Of a stretch of DNA of 64,000 nucleotides, positions 35,045 to 47,500 are shown piece by piece. Within the stretch, counting starts at the first letter, position 1, and each line of letters opens with the position of its first letter. Made by a program: the position numbers and the translations under genes. The notes beneath the pieces were generated by a model, which saw only the letters and a program-made list of their open reading frames with translations, ran no database searches and was not told where the DNA came from. The stretch is from the NCBI GenBank assembly GCA_973895155.1, contig OZ316894.1, positions 8,332,234 through 8,396,233 on the forward strand. The letters are read 5' to 3'. This DNA is from Marsupella aquatica (lineage: Eukaryota > Plantae > Marchantiophyta).

Positions 35045-38000
35045 CTCACTACTTATAGTACGCACTCCGTCTCATTCTATGTACTAGCAACAGATAGTTG
35101 TTACTAACATGGTATCAAAGGCAGGCTCTGATGAATAGTACTACATATAGTCTAGATTCTTATGCATGTGCTCAGGTAGAAAGGTCCCTCACATCTCACA
35201 TTTTCTTATGCATGTGCTCAGGTAGAAAGGTCCCTCACATCTCATATTTTCTCGGATCACATCTAGACTAGATTCGCTGCTCCTCGGGTAAAAGTATCCC
35301 TGATACACTTAGAATAGAATCTATTCCACTCCAAGTCAAGTGAATTAAAGTTCCTCAACCGTTTACTTATTGTTATTCTTGTTAGTATGGAGCTCGATCA
35401 CCCTATTCATTAAAAGTGTATTTTATTTTGTTCACATTTAGGCCTCTAAATGTTCACTTTTTGGTCTCTAAATGTACACTTTTTAACCCCAAAAGGTACA
35501 TTATAGTACAATACTCTACACCTAAATGGTCAATTGTAAACTTGAGGGCACAAAGATGATCTTTACTATAAGGAGTCTCATCCTAGTTCATTTACAAAGG
35601 ATGAACATGGTGATATATATCTGATGGCCATCTTTATTTCTTGTACAATTGTACACTTTTTGAAAGCCAAATGTACACTTTTTGTTCCCCAAATGTTCAT
35701 AAATTGAATAATAATTCACTTTTAATGAATAGATTGACCTCAAGATTTTTTCTTAAACTGACAAATTAGATGGCTCTAACAATCATTTGCCATGGACTGT
35801 TGTAGTCAAGAATATACTCAAGCATACGTGACAACTTGTTTCACGAGCTAAACTTTGGCTTCAAACCTTACGCAAATGGCAACGCTGTAGATGGTGGTGC
35901 ACATTTGATCGGTCAACCAACAGAAACAGAAGAAGAAGGACAAGGCCATTAATTGTTGTCCTTGCCTCCACCGTCAAATCCAATTTCTTACCCACTATGG
36001 ACAGTTCTGACAATCCAGCTAAGTGTTGAGATCGAGCACTTCTAGCAGCGCTTTGGTGGAAATATAATGCAATGTCAAACTGCTTCTTATGCAGAAGCTT
36101 CAAACCACGCGTATGACTGAGAGCGGCTCGATGGAGATCTACAACAACAAGATCAACAAACTTGGTGGGCAACTCGCCAGCATAAATGCCGAAGTCAACA
36201 AAACTTGTCTCATTCACATTGTTCTTCAAGGACTTCCACTCAGCTGGGGTCCCTTCCTCTCTAACATCAATGCTGACCTCTCTCAGTCCCCCAAGCCAAC
36301 CTACATCAATCTCATAGAATGACTCCAAGCTGATGACTACTGGAAAAAGGTAAGCAGATTGAGATCACCGAGGAAGCCATGGCACTAGAAACCACTAGAC
36401 ATAGTCCTAGTGAATGGATCTTAGATTCAGGGGCTAGTACCCATGTCACTGGCGACAACACTGGCTTCCACACCATTGTTTCTAATGCTCCCTTTGAATT
36501 GGTTACTATCACTAGTGGAACTAAGTTGCCTGTAGCCAGTCACGGCACCATGTCTATCGATCACAATAAAGAGATCAACAAATTTTTGTACATCCCGAGT
36601 CTAGAACAAAATTTGTTATCCATCAGCTCTCAATCTACTCACTGAGGTTACTCAACTCTCAATCTTGCTTTGCGTTTGACAAGGAGAATCTGGATTGCAT
36701 CTTTCTGATTGAAGGGTTCTTGCGATCCTTGCAACCGACTCTACAAGCTTTGCCAACCTCTTCAATACACAACTCTTTTCCCCATGCAATCACGCGTATG
36801 TCGGCACTCTCACCTTCTCCAACAATCACCAAAGTTTGGAAGCAACTCAACCGGTTCTACTCACTAAGGTTACTCACAGTGATGAAGTCGAGCTTTGGCA
36901 TCGCCGGCTAAGCCACGTGAACTATCAAATGGTTCACCACATGTCACAAGGCTCACTGGTCACGGGACTTCCTCCACTTCCTCGTGTCACAAGAAATTGT
37001 GATACTTGCGTTCTGTCCAAAAACCATCGGGAAAAGATTCCCAAGCATTCACTTTCTAGGACCTCTCGCCCGCTTGAACTACTTCACACTGATCTTTGTG
37101 GACCCATCCATGGCTCTACTTCCGCACGGGCTTCCGCGAAGTACATTCTCACACTTATTGACGACTTCACTAGGTTTACTTGGGTCTACTTTCTCAATTA
37201 TAAAAGCAAAACGTTTGCCCTGTCTAAGGAGTTCAGACTCTTGGTTGAAAAGCAATTCAACCAGCGCTCCGATCAAGGAGGAGAATATATGTCAAATGAA
37301 TTTTGTCTTTTTTGCATGGAAAATGGCATACGGCATCAACTTACCGTCGCAGACCCCTCATCAGAATTGAGTCGTTGAATGAAAAAATCAAACCCTTTTG
37401 GAAGGAGGTTGGTCCAATCTTATCAGCTCTGGCATTCCACTTTCTCGTTGGACTAAGAGCATTCATGCTGCAAATTATGTTCAGAATCGCTCCGGCACTC
37501 GTGCTCTTCACAAATGCACACCATTCAAAGCTCTTCATGGATCAAAACCAGACCTCAATCATCTCCAAGTTCTTGGGTGCACAGCATATGTTCTTATTCC
37601 TTTGTCACACCAGACCAAACTCGGCATAATAGCAATTTGCACCACGTTAATTGGCTATGACGAACAAGCCCCGGAACAAGCTAAAGCCTATCATTGCTTC
37701 GATTCTTCTAGCCAATGTATTCTCATTAGTCAGGATGTTACCTTTGATGAAAATATTATGGGAATTGCTCAGACTGATCGAACATATGCCATAAATCTCT
37801 TTCAGTTAGTCTTAGATGAACCTCCATTTATAGTTATTCCTACTCCTGAGCCCCTAGTTCCAGATGGTCCTCTTATTCCTATCCTTGACTATGGCAACAA
37901 GGTGATTCTTGAAAACCCTGCACATGAAGGGGAACTACTAACCGATACTGGTCCTAGAGGGGGAGTTTCTGATACTGGTACCACAGGGGGATCTTGCCCC

Positions 38001-40163
38001 TCCCGCACAAGATCTTGATCCTATTCCTAAGTCAGCACCTCGAATACCTCAACCAACTACTTGACACTCACTTTGACCTTCTCGGCCACCGCCCTAGCAT
38101 CACGACTATGATATGAGCACCAATCTGGTTGAAATGTTGGTCCTGACTTTGCCAACCTCTCTGCTGATATGGCTCTCAAAGATCCTGGTTGGAAAAAGGC
38201 AATGGAAGAAGAAATCAAATCTATCCTCAAAATGGGAACATGGGAACTAGTTAGATTCCTTCTTGCAGGACGCCAAGCTCTTACAGCAAAATGGGTGTTC
38301 ATAGCCAAACCTGACTCTACTAGATTTTGTCTGAAAGCTAGATTAGTTGCTCGGGGTTTTGAGCAAAAATTTGGCATCGACTACAATGAAACATTTTCCC
38401 CCATCGTCAAATGGTCGACTCTGTGTGCTATTATCGCTCTTGTTGTGTCCGATGCATGGATGGGATCTTCATCACATGGATGTAGTTACTTCCTTCCTTA
38501 ACAGGACTCTTATCGAAGAACTCTACATGTAGCAGCCTCAGGGATTTGCAGTTCCTGGCAAAGAAACCATGGTATGTTGTCTACGATGATCACTGTACGG
38601 GCTCAGGCAATCTCCTAGAGCATGGTATAGCAAAATTGAATCTTATCTCTGTGATGTCCACTGGTTGGACACGAAGCATTGTTGACCCCAATCTCTATTT
38701 CATTCACTCTGATGGCGCTCTTATCATCTTAATGATTTATGTTGATGACCTCTTGATTACTGGCAGCAACTCAACCAAAGTTGCCCACATTAAATCTCAT
38801 TTGTCGTGTCTCAGTGCAGCCTAAGAAGTCAACGTCAATAAATCCTTGAAGAGGGGTAGAGGAGGAGCGTTGAAAGGCAATACCATAGTCAGGGGTGTCA
38901 TGAAGATATTGTAGAATGTGCTTGATAGACTCCCAATGGCGCTGTTGAGGGGAACTCATGTAACGGCTAACAAGGCCAATGTAAGATATATCAGGTATGT
39001 ATGAGTCAGAAAGATCAATTTCCCAAAAGCATGACAATAAGTGGTGGTATCAAATGGCGTGGTGTTGGTCTCAATAGTTAACACGTGTGCTTCAGGAAGT
39101 GGAATATGCTCAATTTTAGTGATAGTGAACTCCCATAATAAGTCCTGGCAGTATGATCTTTGGTGAAGTATAAGTCCAGTGGAGTTGCAAAGGAACTCAA
39201 TGCCCAGATACTTCTGTGCTAGTCCTAGATCCGTCATCTAATATTTTTGTTGCACACTCCCGCGGGGCATATCTCATTCAACTTGCTAGTGGTCCTATCT
39301 CTTGGTCAAGTAAACTTCAATCGACTGTACCTGACAGCAACACCCACCTAGAATACAAAGCTCTCTCTTAAGCAGTAAGGAAGCTATTCATTTATGATGA
39401 CTTCTTGCTGAACTAGATCCAGATTCCACATTCAAGGTGCCACTCAAGTCTTCTAATTTGACCATTCACAAAGACCTTTCGCTAGCACAATTCCTACCAC
39501 TGCCTATGTTCATCTCCATTGTGAGAACCAAGGATCTATCAAGTTAGCCAGCAATCTTGTTTTTCACGATTGCATGAAACACATTGAAGGAAAGCACCAT
39601 TTCATTTGAGAACGTGTGCTAGAGGGGGAAATCCCCCTGTCGTAAATCAATACAACTGAAAACCCAGCAGATATTTTCACAAAACCATTGTCCCGACAGA
39701 AGTTTGAAAAACACAGGGTTTTCATTGGCATCAAATCAATTTCTGAAACATATCCTGAAGGACCTACTTGATCCTATCCTCATTGTCTATACCATTTTGT
39801 ATCAAGAAATACTTAGCCTCTGCCAATGTCCCCAAAACCCTTGATGGCAGTTTCCTGGATATCCACTTACTTCCCTATTAGTACATATTCCAGGCCTATG
39901 TCCTATTGCCACTGCATAAAAATGACACTTATATATGATTGGCATTTTGGTTCCTCTACTAACTCTCAATCTGCGACTCTAGCGGAGCACTTGGCAATTG
40001 GCTAGCGTCTCCCTCTTACTTTAGCTATACCGCCACCTTAGCTGTTGATCGTAGCTTAGCATCGCTCTACCGTTGATTCAGGTTCCTTAGGTTTGCTCCT
40101 GCTCACTACTTATAGTACTCACTCCATCTCCTTCTATGTAGCAACAGATAGTTGTTACAAACA
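35045..40163 (+). mobile_element. Decayed near-full-length Ty1/copia retrotransposon
   Basis: About 65 bp of shared LTR 3' end (35045-35109 vs 40102-40163, ending ..aaca); tRNA-iMet-type PBS tggtatcaaag at 35110; gag KLDGSN..W; protease WILDSGASTH; LWHRRLSH; integrase LHTDLCGP, IDDFTRFTW, RSDQGGEY; RT KARLVARGFEQ, YVDDLLITG; RNase H KHIEGKHHF, ADIFTKPL. Many stops and frameshifts. Confidence 0.95.
35396..35739. mobile_element. ~343-bp MITE inserted just after the gag start of the copia element
   Basis: TIRs gatcaccctattcattaaaagtg / cacttttaatgaatagattgacc; short (2-3 bp, tc/ctc) target duplication. Removing it restores ATG GAG CTC AAG ATT. Confidence 0.8.
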
Positions 40164-40164
40164 T

Positions 40165-40720
40165 TGCCTTGGTCCTCCCTTCCCACTTCGTCATCTCTTC
40201 TCACCTCATGGAACCCGCCCCTTTGCCTTGGTCTTCCCTGTTCCCACTTCGTCAGCAGTGCCCTTTTAGAGTGCCTTTCACCAGTGCCCTCTCTTCCCAC
40301 TCATGAGCTTCTGGACACTGCCTCCCTCTCCCATGCGTCATCATTCTACCATGGAACCCCAATGCCTCGGAGAATCCCCTTTAGCAGGTGCCGTCTCTTC
40401 TCACCTCATGGAACCTCCGCCCCTCTGCCTTGGTCCTCTTAAATTGCCTCACCCATTCGTCATCATTCTACCATGGAACCCCAACCCTCAGAGAATCCCC
40501 TTTAGCAGGCGCTGTCTCTTCTCACTCATGGAACCCACCCCTTTGCCTTGGTCCTCTCCCTGTTCCACTTCGTCAGCAGTGCCTCTCCCATTCGTCATCA
40601 TTCTACCATGGAACCCCAACCCTGGGAGAATCCCCTTTAGCAGTCGCCGTCTCTTCTCACTTCATGGAACCCGCCCCTTTGCCTTGGTCCTCCCTGTTCC
40701 CACTTCGTCAGCAGTGCTGT
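40165..40720. repeat. Degenerate array of the same CATGGAACCC repeat (right part)
   Basis: catggaaccc..., ggagaatcccctttagcagg and ccttggtcct..cccacttcgtcagcagtg units at ~40208, 40350, 40407, 40472, 40527, 40607 and 40663. Confidence 0.85.
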
Positions 40721-41535
40721 GGAAGTCTCCTCCTCTCCGATCCCAGCGCAAAATGCGAAGACACTGCTCTTTCCTCCGTTCTTTCTTGATGAATGTTTTT
40801 TTCTGCTGCTCTCCGCTCTCACTTCTTCCACAGTTGTGTCACAAGTGAGGCCCGCCCCTCTGCGTTTACTCCGTATGTCGTCTTCATTTGGGGGACCGTT
40901 TCTCTCGGGAGCGAGATCCGTCGATCCGCAGGCAAGCGCACTTTAAACGAGGACGAGATCGGTCGCGGAAGAATAATCAGCGAGCACAGGGCCAATTTTG
41001 GCGCTGTTCCGAACACTCTAGTGTGCGTTCTGCTGACGAAGGGATTTTGGTGGTTTTTTTTTTGTAATTGCGGATCTGAGAGGTGATAATAATGTGGCCG
41101 GTAAGGAGACGGAGGAGGGAGATTTGGTGGACAGTGGTTGCAGTGTGCGGTTGATTTCAGTAAAGTGGAGGTAGACTATGATCTGTAGCTGAAGACTTGT
41201 GCGAGACGGATCTCAGAATTCGTCCTGGAGGTGGAGGGTGAGGAGCAGGAGGAGGAGGATGTAGAGCGTGATCACAGGGCGGGCATCTAGAGCCGCCATC
41301 GTCGCAGGAGATGATGAATGAGGTGGTGATGGTGGACCTGGTAAGACGGTATGAGTGTATGATCTTTGTTTGGTGCTGATGTTGCTGCTGGCGCTTGTTG
41401 TGGTGCTAGAAGACCTCACATTGTTATTAGGGCGTGGCGTGGTGTGAATAATGTGATAGCAACAGCGAGCGAGCAATGCGAGACTGGTGATACTTTCTGC
41501 AGAGATCTGCCTATGTTTGCAATCTGTTCCGCGAG

Positions 41536-44500
41536 ATGGATTCACCATCTTCAACAGGACGACAGGCGACTGATTCATATGTGAGTTCCTTGAGGAGGAG
41601 CAATAATAATGACTTGCCCTCTCCTTCAGTAGGGGCCGGTAGCTCCAAGCGCAGCTTTTCACTGCAGGCTAGACAGGCACTGTCAGCAGATGCTAATGCA
41701 TCCGGGCAGGAGTTCGATGCGAGTCAATACGGCCAGAGTCTTGCCTCGGTTCTCAATAATCCCAAGCTTGGCAAGGCAGGGATTTACAGTTCTGATGCGT
41801 CATGGGGATCGTGGTTATTTCAAGGGTCCAACGATCCGTTCGTAGATGCACCTCCTCCTCCTCTGCCTGCTGGAACCCTGCAAGAGGTCACGAGAGCGGA
41901 CTTCCGTCCTTACTTGGAAAAGATCTCGGAACATTATTCTCGCTTTGTGGATGTGAGACAGCATTTAGGACGGGAACAGAGTAGTCAGGGGAGCAGTGTA
42001 AATGGAGCACATGGTTCAGGGCAAGTGGAAGGAAGGGTTGGACAGGGCGAAGGGCTAGTTGCCTGTCTGCGGGAAATTCCTTCGTTGTACTTTGATGAGG
42101 ATTTCGCATTGGAGAAGGGCTCCACTTTCGATGCAGCTTGCCCTTTCGCTTCCATACCGCAAAATATGTTGCTCCAGGAAAAACTGTCGCATTACTTAGA
42201 TCTGGTGGAGGTACATTTGGTGAGGGAAATATCTGCCAGATCTGATTCCTTTTTCGATGCTCTTGGGCAACTTGAGGATTTAAATGCCCAGATTGTACAG
42301 GCTTGCGATCAAATTCGGGAATTACAGTCAACCGTGCAGCTTTTGGATGGAGACTTGGTGGAGTCTGCGTCTCGTCTTCAGGGTCTGGGATTACGACGTG
42401 ACACCTTTTTGGCCCTTCATCAGAAACTAAAACTTGTGGCATACGTCAATCAAGCACTTTCTGCCCTGCGAATAGTACGTAAAAGTGTAGTTTGCGATAT
42501 CTGTATTATTAGGAGATCATAAGCTTATCCTATCATCCTGATATTCTGCCGTCACAAAGTTACGTGGAAAAGACTTGCCATATGCTCGACTTGACCATGA
42601 TTGGGGTTGGGGTGACATGTGACAGCTTGTATCCGAGGCAGATTGCGCAGGTGCTCTTGATGTAGTTGACGACTTGCAGCATTTACTGGTAGGCCCGTCA
42701 GTCCTATTTGTAAACTTGGAACGCGTCAACACTAGTTTTGCTGGTCGCTAGGATCTGCCCATATTATGTGTTACAACCCATTGAAATTTTGCCTTGAGGC
42801 ATGCATCAGTATTGAACTTGAGCACACGTATATGCATTATGCTATCCATACTTTTATGATGACATAGGTGCACGTCTGACACGTCGAAGAGTCATTTGTG
42901 TGATTTCTGCACACCTTTGCAAATGAAACCCGTCTATGACTCGATGGTTTTGCAATTTTAAGGCTTACTGGGATGTGTGTCTAGGTCATCCACTGCTTAA
43001 GCAACAGGGCAGTTTGTTTTTTAAGAGATTTTCTTTGCACAGCGGTGTACACACTTTAACTTGTTAGATAATCGCTGTACTTATTTTCTCTCTATGGAGA
43101 GAAAGTTATGAGGTCTGTTCTGGATCTACTTTCTGAAGCGGCCACGCCCATAAGGCTGTTGGGCATACCCGAACGTTTTAGCCTGGTAACATTACGCTTT
43201 GTCTAATGTTTCTAACCTTCATCTCACCTCAAAGCTGGCACATGTGGAATGGACTTGTGCAGGACGGTGATGATCTTGTCGGACTGCACTGTTTTCGACG
43301 TTTAAGTGACCAACTGACCTCTGCCATGGACTCTATCAATAGGTAGTAAGCTCTGCGGTTTGCTGCTATACTGTATACTAAACGTACATGAGAACCATTT
43401 TCCAGCGTTAGAATGCGGAAGACCTTCAGAAGCGGCCATGGAGATATTATGAGCTAAATTGAGTCGCCATAGTGATCATCATCATCTCAATTTGGCAGTA
43501 CGAAGGATGTCAAAGTGCTGGTTGTATTGAGGACTTGTTTGTCTGTCGCGTGCAGCACACTAGCAGCTGACTTTGTCCGAGCTGCAATTCATGAAACGGG
43601 GGACCTCGAATCCAGTGCCATTATAAATATATTCCATTCAAGAGTGAAGGACTATCCAGCTTCTGTGATGGACATGGCTCCGTTTGAGGTAAAGTTTTTC
43701 TCCCTCTGGCGTTCAGGATACCTTGCATCTACGAAGCTGTGAAGTTAGTCGCCAATGTGAATGTCTAGTGATAGATTTTCTTCTTGAGGTTATTATGCGA
43801 TATCTGGATAGGTGGCAGCGGTGGGTTCATCAGACCTTGTATGCTGATTGCAGGCAAAGAGGGAGGACGACGAAGAGTCCGGTTTGCGAGATCAGTTGCT
43901 GCCAACTGTAATTGGTCTCTTACGAACGGTAGGTGAACTTTCTTAGGAAAGCGCAGGAATTTTCTTTTATTTCCCAAATGTCAAAGAGGTCCCACAGTGG
44001 TCATACGACATTGACGTACCAAATGTCTAATTATTTCATATTAATTATTTTATATTGGTGTGCAGTCGAAACTGCCCGCTGTTTTGAGAGTGTATAGGGA
44101 CACTTTAATTACGGATATCAAAGCTGCTATAAAAACAGTGGTGGCAGAACTCCTGCCGACGCTATTTACTCGTTCGCCGGAGGGCGATTTACCTTCAGCG
44201 GACCGGCAAGTTGACATAGAAGGTTGGTGCATTTCTCTCACCACCCCGTTCTGTTTAGATACCCTCAACATGGTTGATTGAGGAGTCACGCTCTAGCTGC
44301 CCAACTGAGATCGTGAGACGATCATTTGAGAATTGTGATCGATATGACTTCCAGGATGTGGGTTGTCAATGGATATTTCGAAAAACAAATATATATATAT
44401 ATATATGCCTTTGTTTTTCTAAGCGCACCTCTGAGAGAAGTGGTCTCACTTCGTTCCTTGGATAGGATTTAATTCAGTAATCTAACGTATGAAGTTGTAC

Positions 44501-47500
44501 ATGACAGTGGGTGGGCTGTCGTTGGCATACAAGCTGAGATCGTTGTCAGCTGAGGGTTTTGTACAGTTACTCATCGCAGTTTTTGGGACAGTCCAGGTGA
44601 GTGGAAACTTCCCACTGTGTTGTATCCAGTTGGATCATGGCTTGGTTTTTGAACTTGTTTGTTTGTGTCCACATCGAAAGAGCACACTTGCTTAGATGGG
44701 AGTGAATCAAAAAATCGAAAAAAAGTACTCATCGATAAAAGAACCCAAGTCAACGTTGAGCAAAAACAAAAGGAATGCCGATAGGTTACTGCTTGCATAT
44801 AAATGAAACCCTTGAAGACTTGTTGATCGCTTGAATGCTTATCCTACACAAGCGTGATTCTCATTGAAGAAGGACACTTCCATGTATAAAGGTAGCTGCG
44901 CCATGAAGACACAGTGTCAAGGCCCATGAGTAGTTTACCGTTTCCCATAGGTAATGAACAAGTGATTCCCATCATCTACCATCGGTAGACTACAAATATA
45001 ATATTTTTCTTGAGCAATGTCTCCAACGTCAGTAAGAAATTCGGGAACTTTGATATGGTGACCTGATGGATTGTGATATCCCCTCAGTACGTTTTTAAGG
45101 ACCTTGGCTTGGTTCTGTCCATCCATGGCAGAGTGATTGGGTGAAATGCTATGGCAAACGCTTTGCAAACTGTCTAGTGCGGGCTTGAGGGCCTCGTGTC
45201 CGTCTTTGTTTACTCCCGGGTAATCACCAAAGAAATTTGACTTTCAAGGAAAATTCCAGAAAACTGCCATTGGACTGAATGGAGTTTTCTTGGTTTTAGC
45301 GGACGAGAGGAAGACGTTGAGTGTAAGTCGAGTTCATTCTTGTCTACCTTTAATGGTGGACAATCGTATGTGCAGGCTCGAATGGTGCGAGCTGCAGAGG
45401 TTCGAAGTGTTGTAGAGCAGATAATTGGAGGCTTAGAAGGAAGTTATGCTGCAGCGGCAGTCGCAGCAGCATTTGCATCTGGTGCTGCGGCAGCAGCTGC
45501 TGCTGAGGCTGCTTTAGAAGGGCAGCAGGGCTCTTTATATGCAGCGTCTGAAGTTTTGACCAATTCAAAGGGAAATGCAGTGGCGAACTCAAGCATTTCA
45601 AAGCAGTTCAGGTACATTTCCTTATATCAGCTTCTCCGTCTATTACTTCCAAGGATCGTAGAATTTCCTCTTGAGGATTGAACTTTTTGGAATCTATGTC
45701 TTTTGGTGTCGCAGCATTATTCACGCCATAATTAATTACCTTCATTTTGCAGAGCGGATGTCCTGCGGGAGAACACAGAGGCTGTATGTGCGGCCTGTGA
45801 TTCTGCTCATGGACGTTGGGCAAAGTTACTGGGAGTACGAGCACTTGTGCACCCAAAGTTAAGACTGCAGGAATTTGTAAGCATATACAAAGTGACTCAG
45901 GACTTCATATCTGCTACTGAAAAGGTAGATTTCTTCTGCTTTAGAAACAAAATATTTCACTCGTTAGTGAGTGCCTGACAACAGTACATGTAAGCAATTA
46001 CTACAAAGTAGCACCTAGATTTCAGACATTTTTCGGGCTCTAGTGCTTTTGATTGAGACGGGAAATTTGCCAGTTTGTTTGGTATGTTTTGCCTCCTTAG
46101 GACTCCTCAGAATGATTACTGTTTTTTGTTTTACATAATATTGAGATTTTATGAAAACCTGTATTGCGTCGTTTCGATCTGGAGGATGTCATTGAACCGT
46201 AGGTACCTTTTCGAGTTTGAAGTCTAATTTATTCATAAATGCCAGTAGTTAGCCAACCAGAACTGCAGAGTGACTGCTTGCTCCACCAGGAAGTTCGTAG
46301 AATCTGGCACCTTCTAGCTGATCTTGAAGGTCATATGAGCTTCATAAGAATGATCTTGAAGAGGTTGAATGTAGTTTAAGAAATAGAGGATTCCATTTAA
46401 TCTTAGATATCCAAATTTCCGTTGATGTAGGTTGGTGGGCGGTTAGGTTACAGCATTCGGGGTACATTGCAATCTCAGGCAAAATCTTTTGTGGACAATC
46501 AGCATTCAATTAGGGTAAGTTCTCCAACTGTCATATTTATGTAGACAAGGTAATACCATGTGGTTGAATGGGTTTCCACTAGTTTCGCTTTTTCCTGAAA
46601 TTTGGCTCATCCTTTCCATGACGATCTTATAAGCAACGCAGCGACTGTGACTTGTCTTTCCTTTGGTAATTCTTTTGGGCTGGAGTGTCTTGTTAAAGCC
46701 CCCTATGCACTGTGGTGACAGATGGCAAAGATCACAGCAGTTTTGGAGCAGGAGACATGGGTATCTGTGGATACTCCCGACGAATTTCAAGACATTGTGG
46801 ACTCATTTACCACTCTGGAAGTTGACAGCAGTGACAATTTAGAGTCTGGGGAAGAAGAAGGAAAGGGTTTAGCACATGACGAGGAGGAAAGCCTAGTACA
46901 CTTAGATAAGACTGAAACTGGCGCTTCGGGTGAAAGGGCAGTTGGTACAGCTGAGGTCAGCAACCAAGAAAATGGTTCGTTGAGTCGAGAAGCAGTTGAG
47001 GGTGAGATTGCAAGTCAACCACTGCGATCATCGCAAGAAATTAGCGACACTGCAAATGAAGGAAGTCAAACTGCTCTTCTACCTGGTCATCCTGAGGGAA
47101 CCGTACCGTCTGTTAATGGCATCCAATCTAATCCTGCTGCACCCCTGCCCCTCCATAGTTCTACTTCTAATGGGGGAGAAGTAACGGGGAAATCTAGAAA
47201 GACCCGAGATAAGCCTTCTTTGAAAACTCTCCATGTTCGAGGACAAAGTTATCATGCTGTGAACTGGTGGGTTGCTCTACTTCCCGTTGATGTCTCGATT
47301 TCCTTGGAGCGAGTACGTGGGTGCTTTCGGCCAACAGATTTAAATGCTTTTGTCTAGCTAGGAGTGAGCTGCTCTTGCTGTTGAAATTCCTGTCTGGTGT
47401 TAGGTGAATGATTGAAACTAATTTGTTTCCATGTTGCCGACAACAGTGGGTTGATCCTTCTTAAAATGATTGCCGAGTATGTGGACATCAGCAACGCTTT

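Noticed and set aside
40106-40848. ORFs of up to 181 aa with repeated FVIILPWNPNP motifs
   Set aside because: Open in several frames because of the DNA repeat array; no gene structure or recognisable domain.
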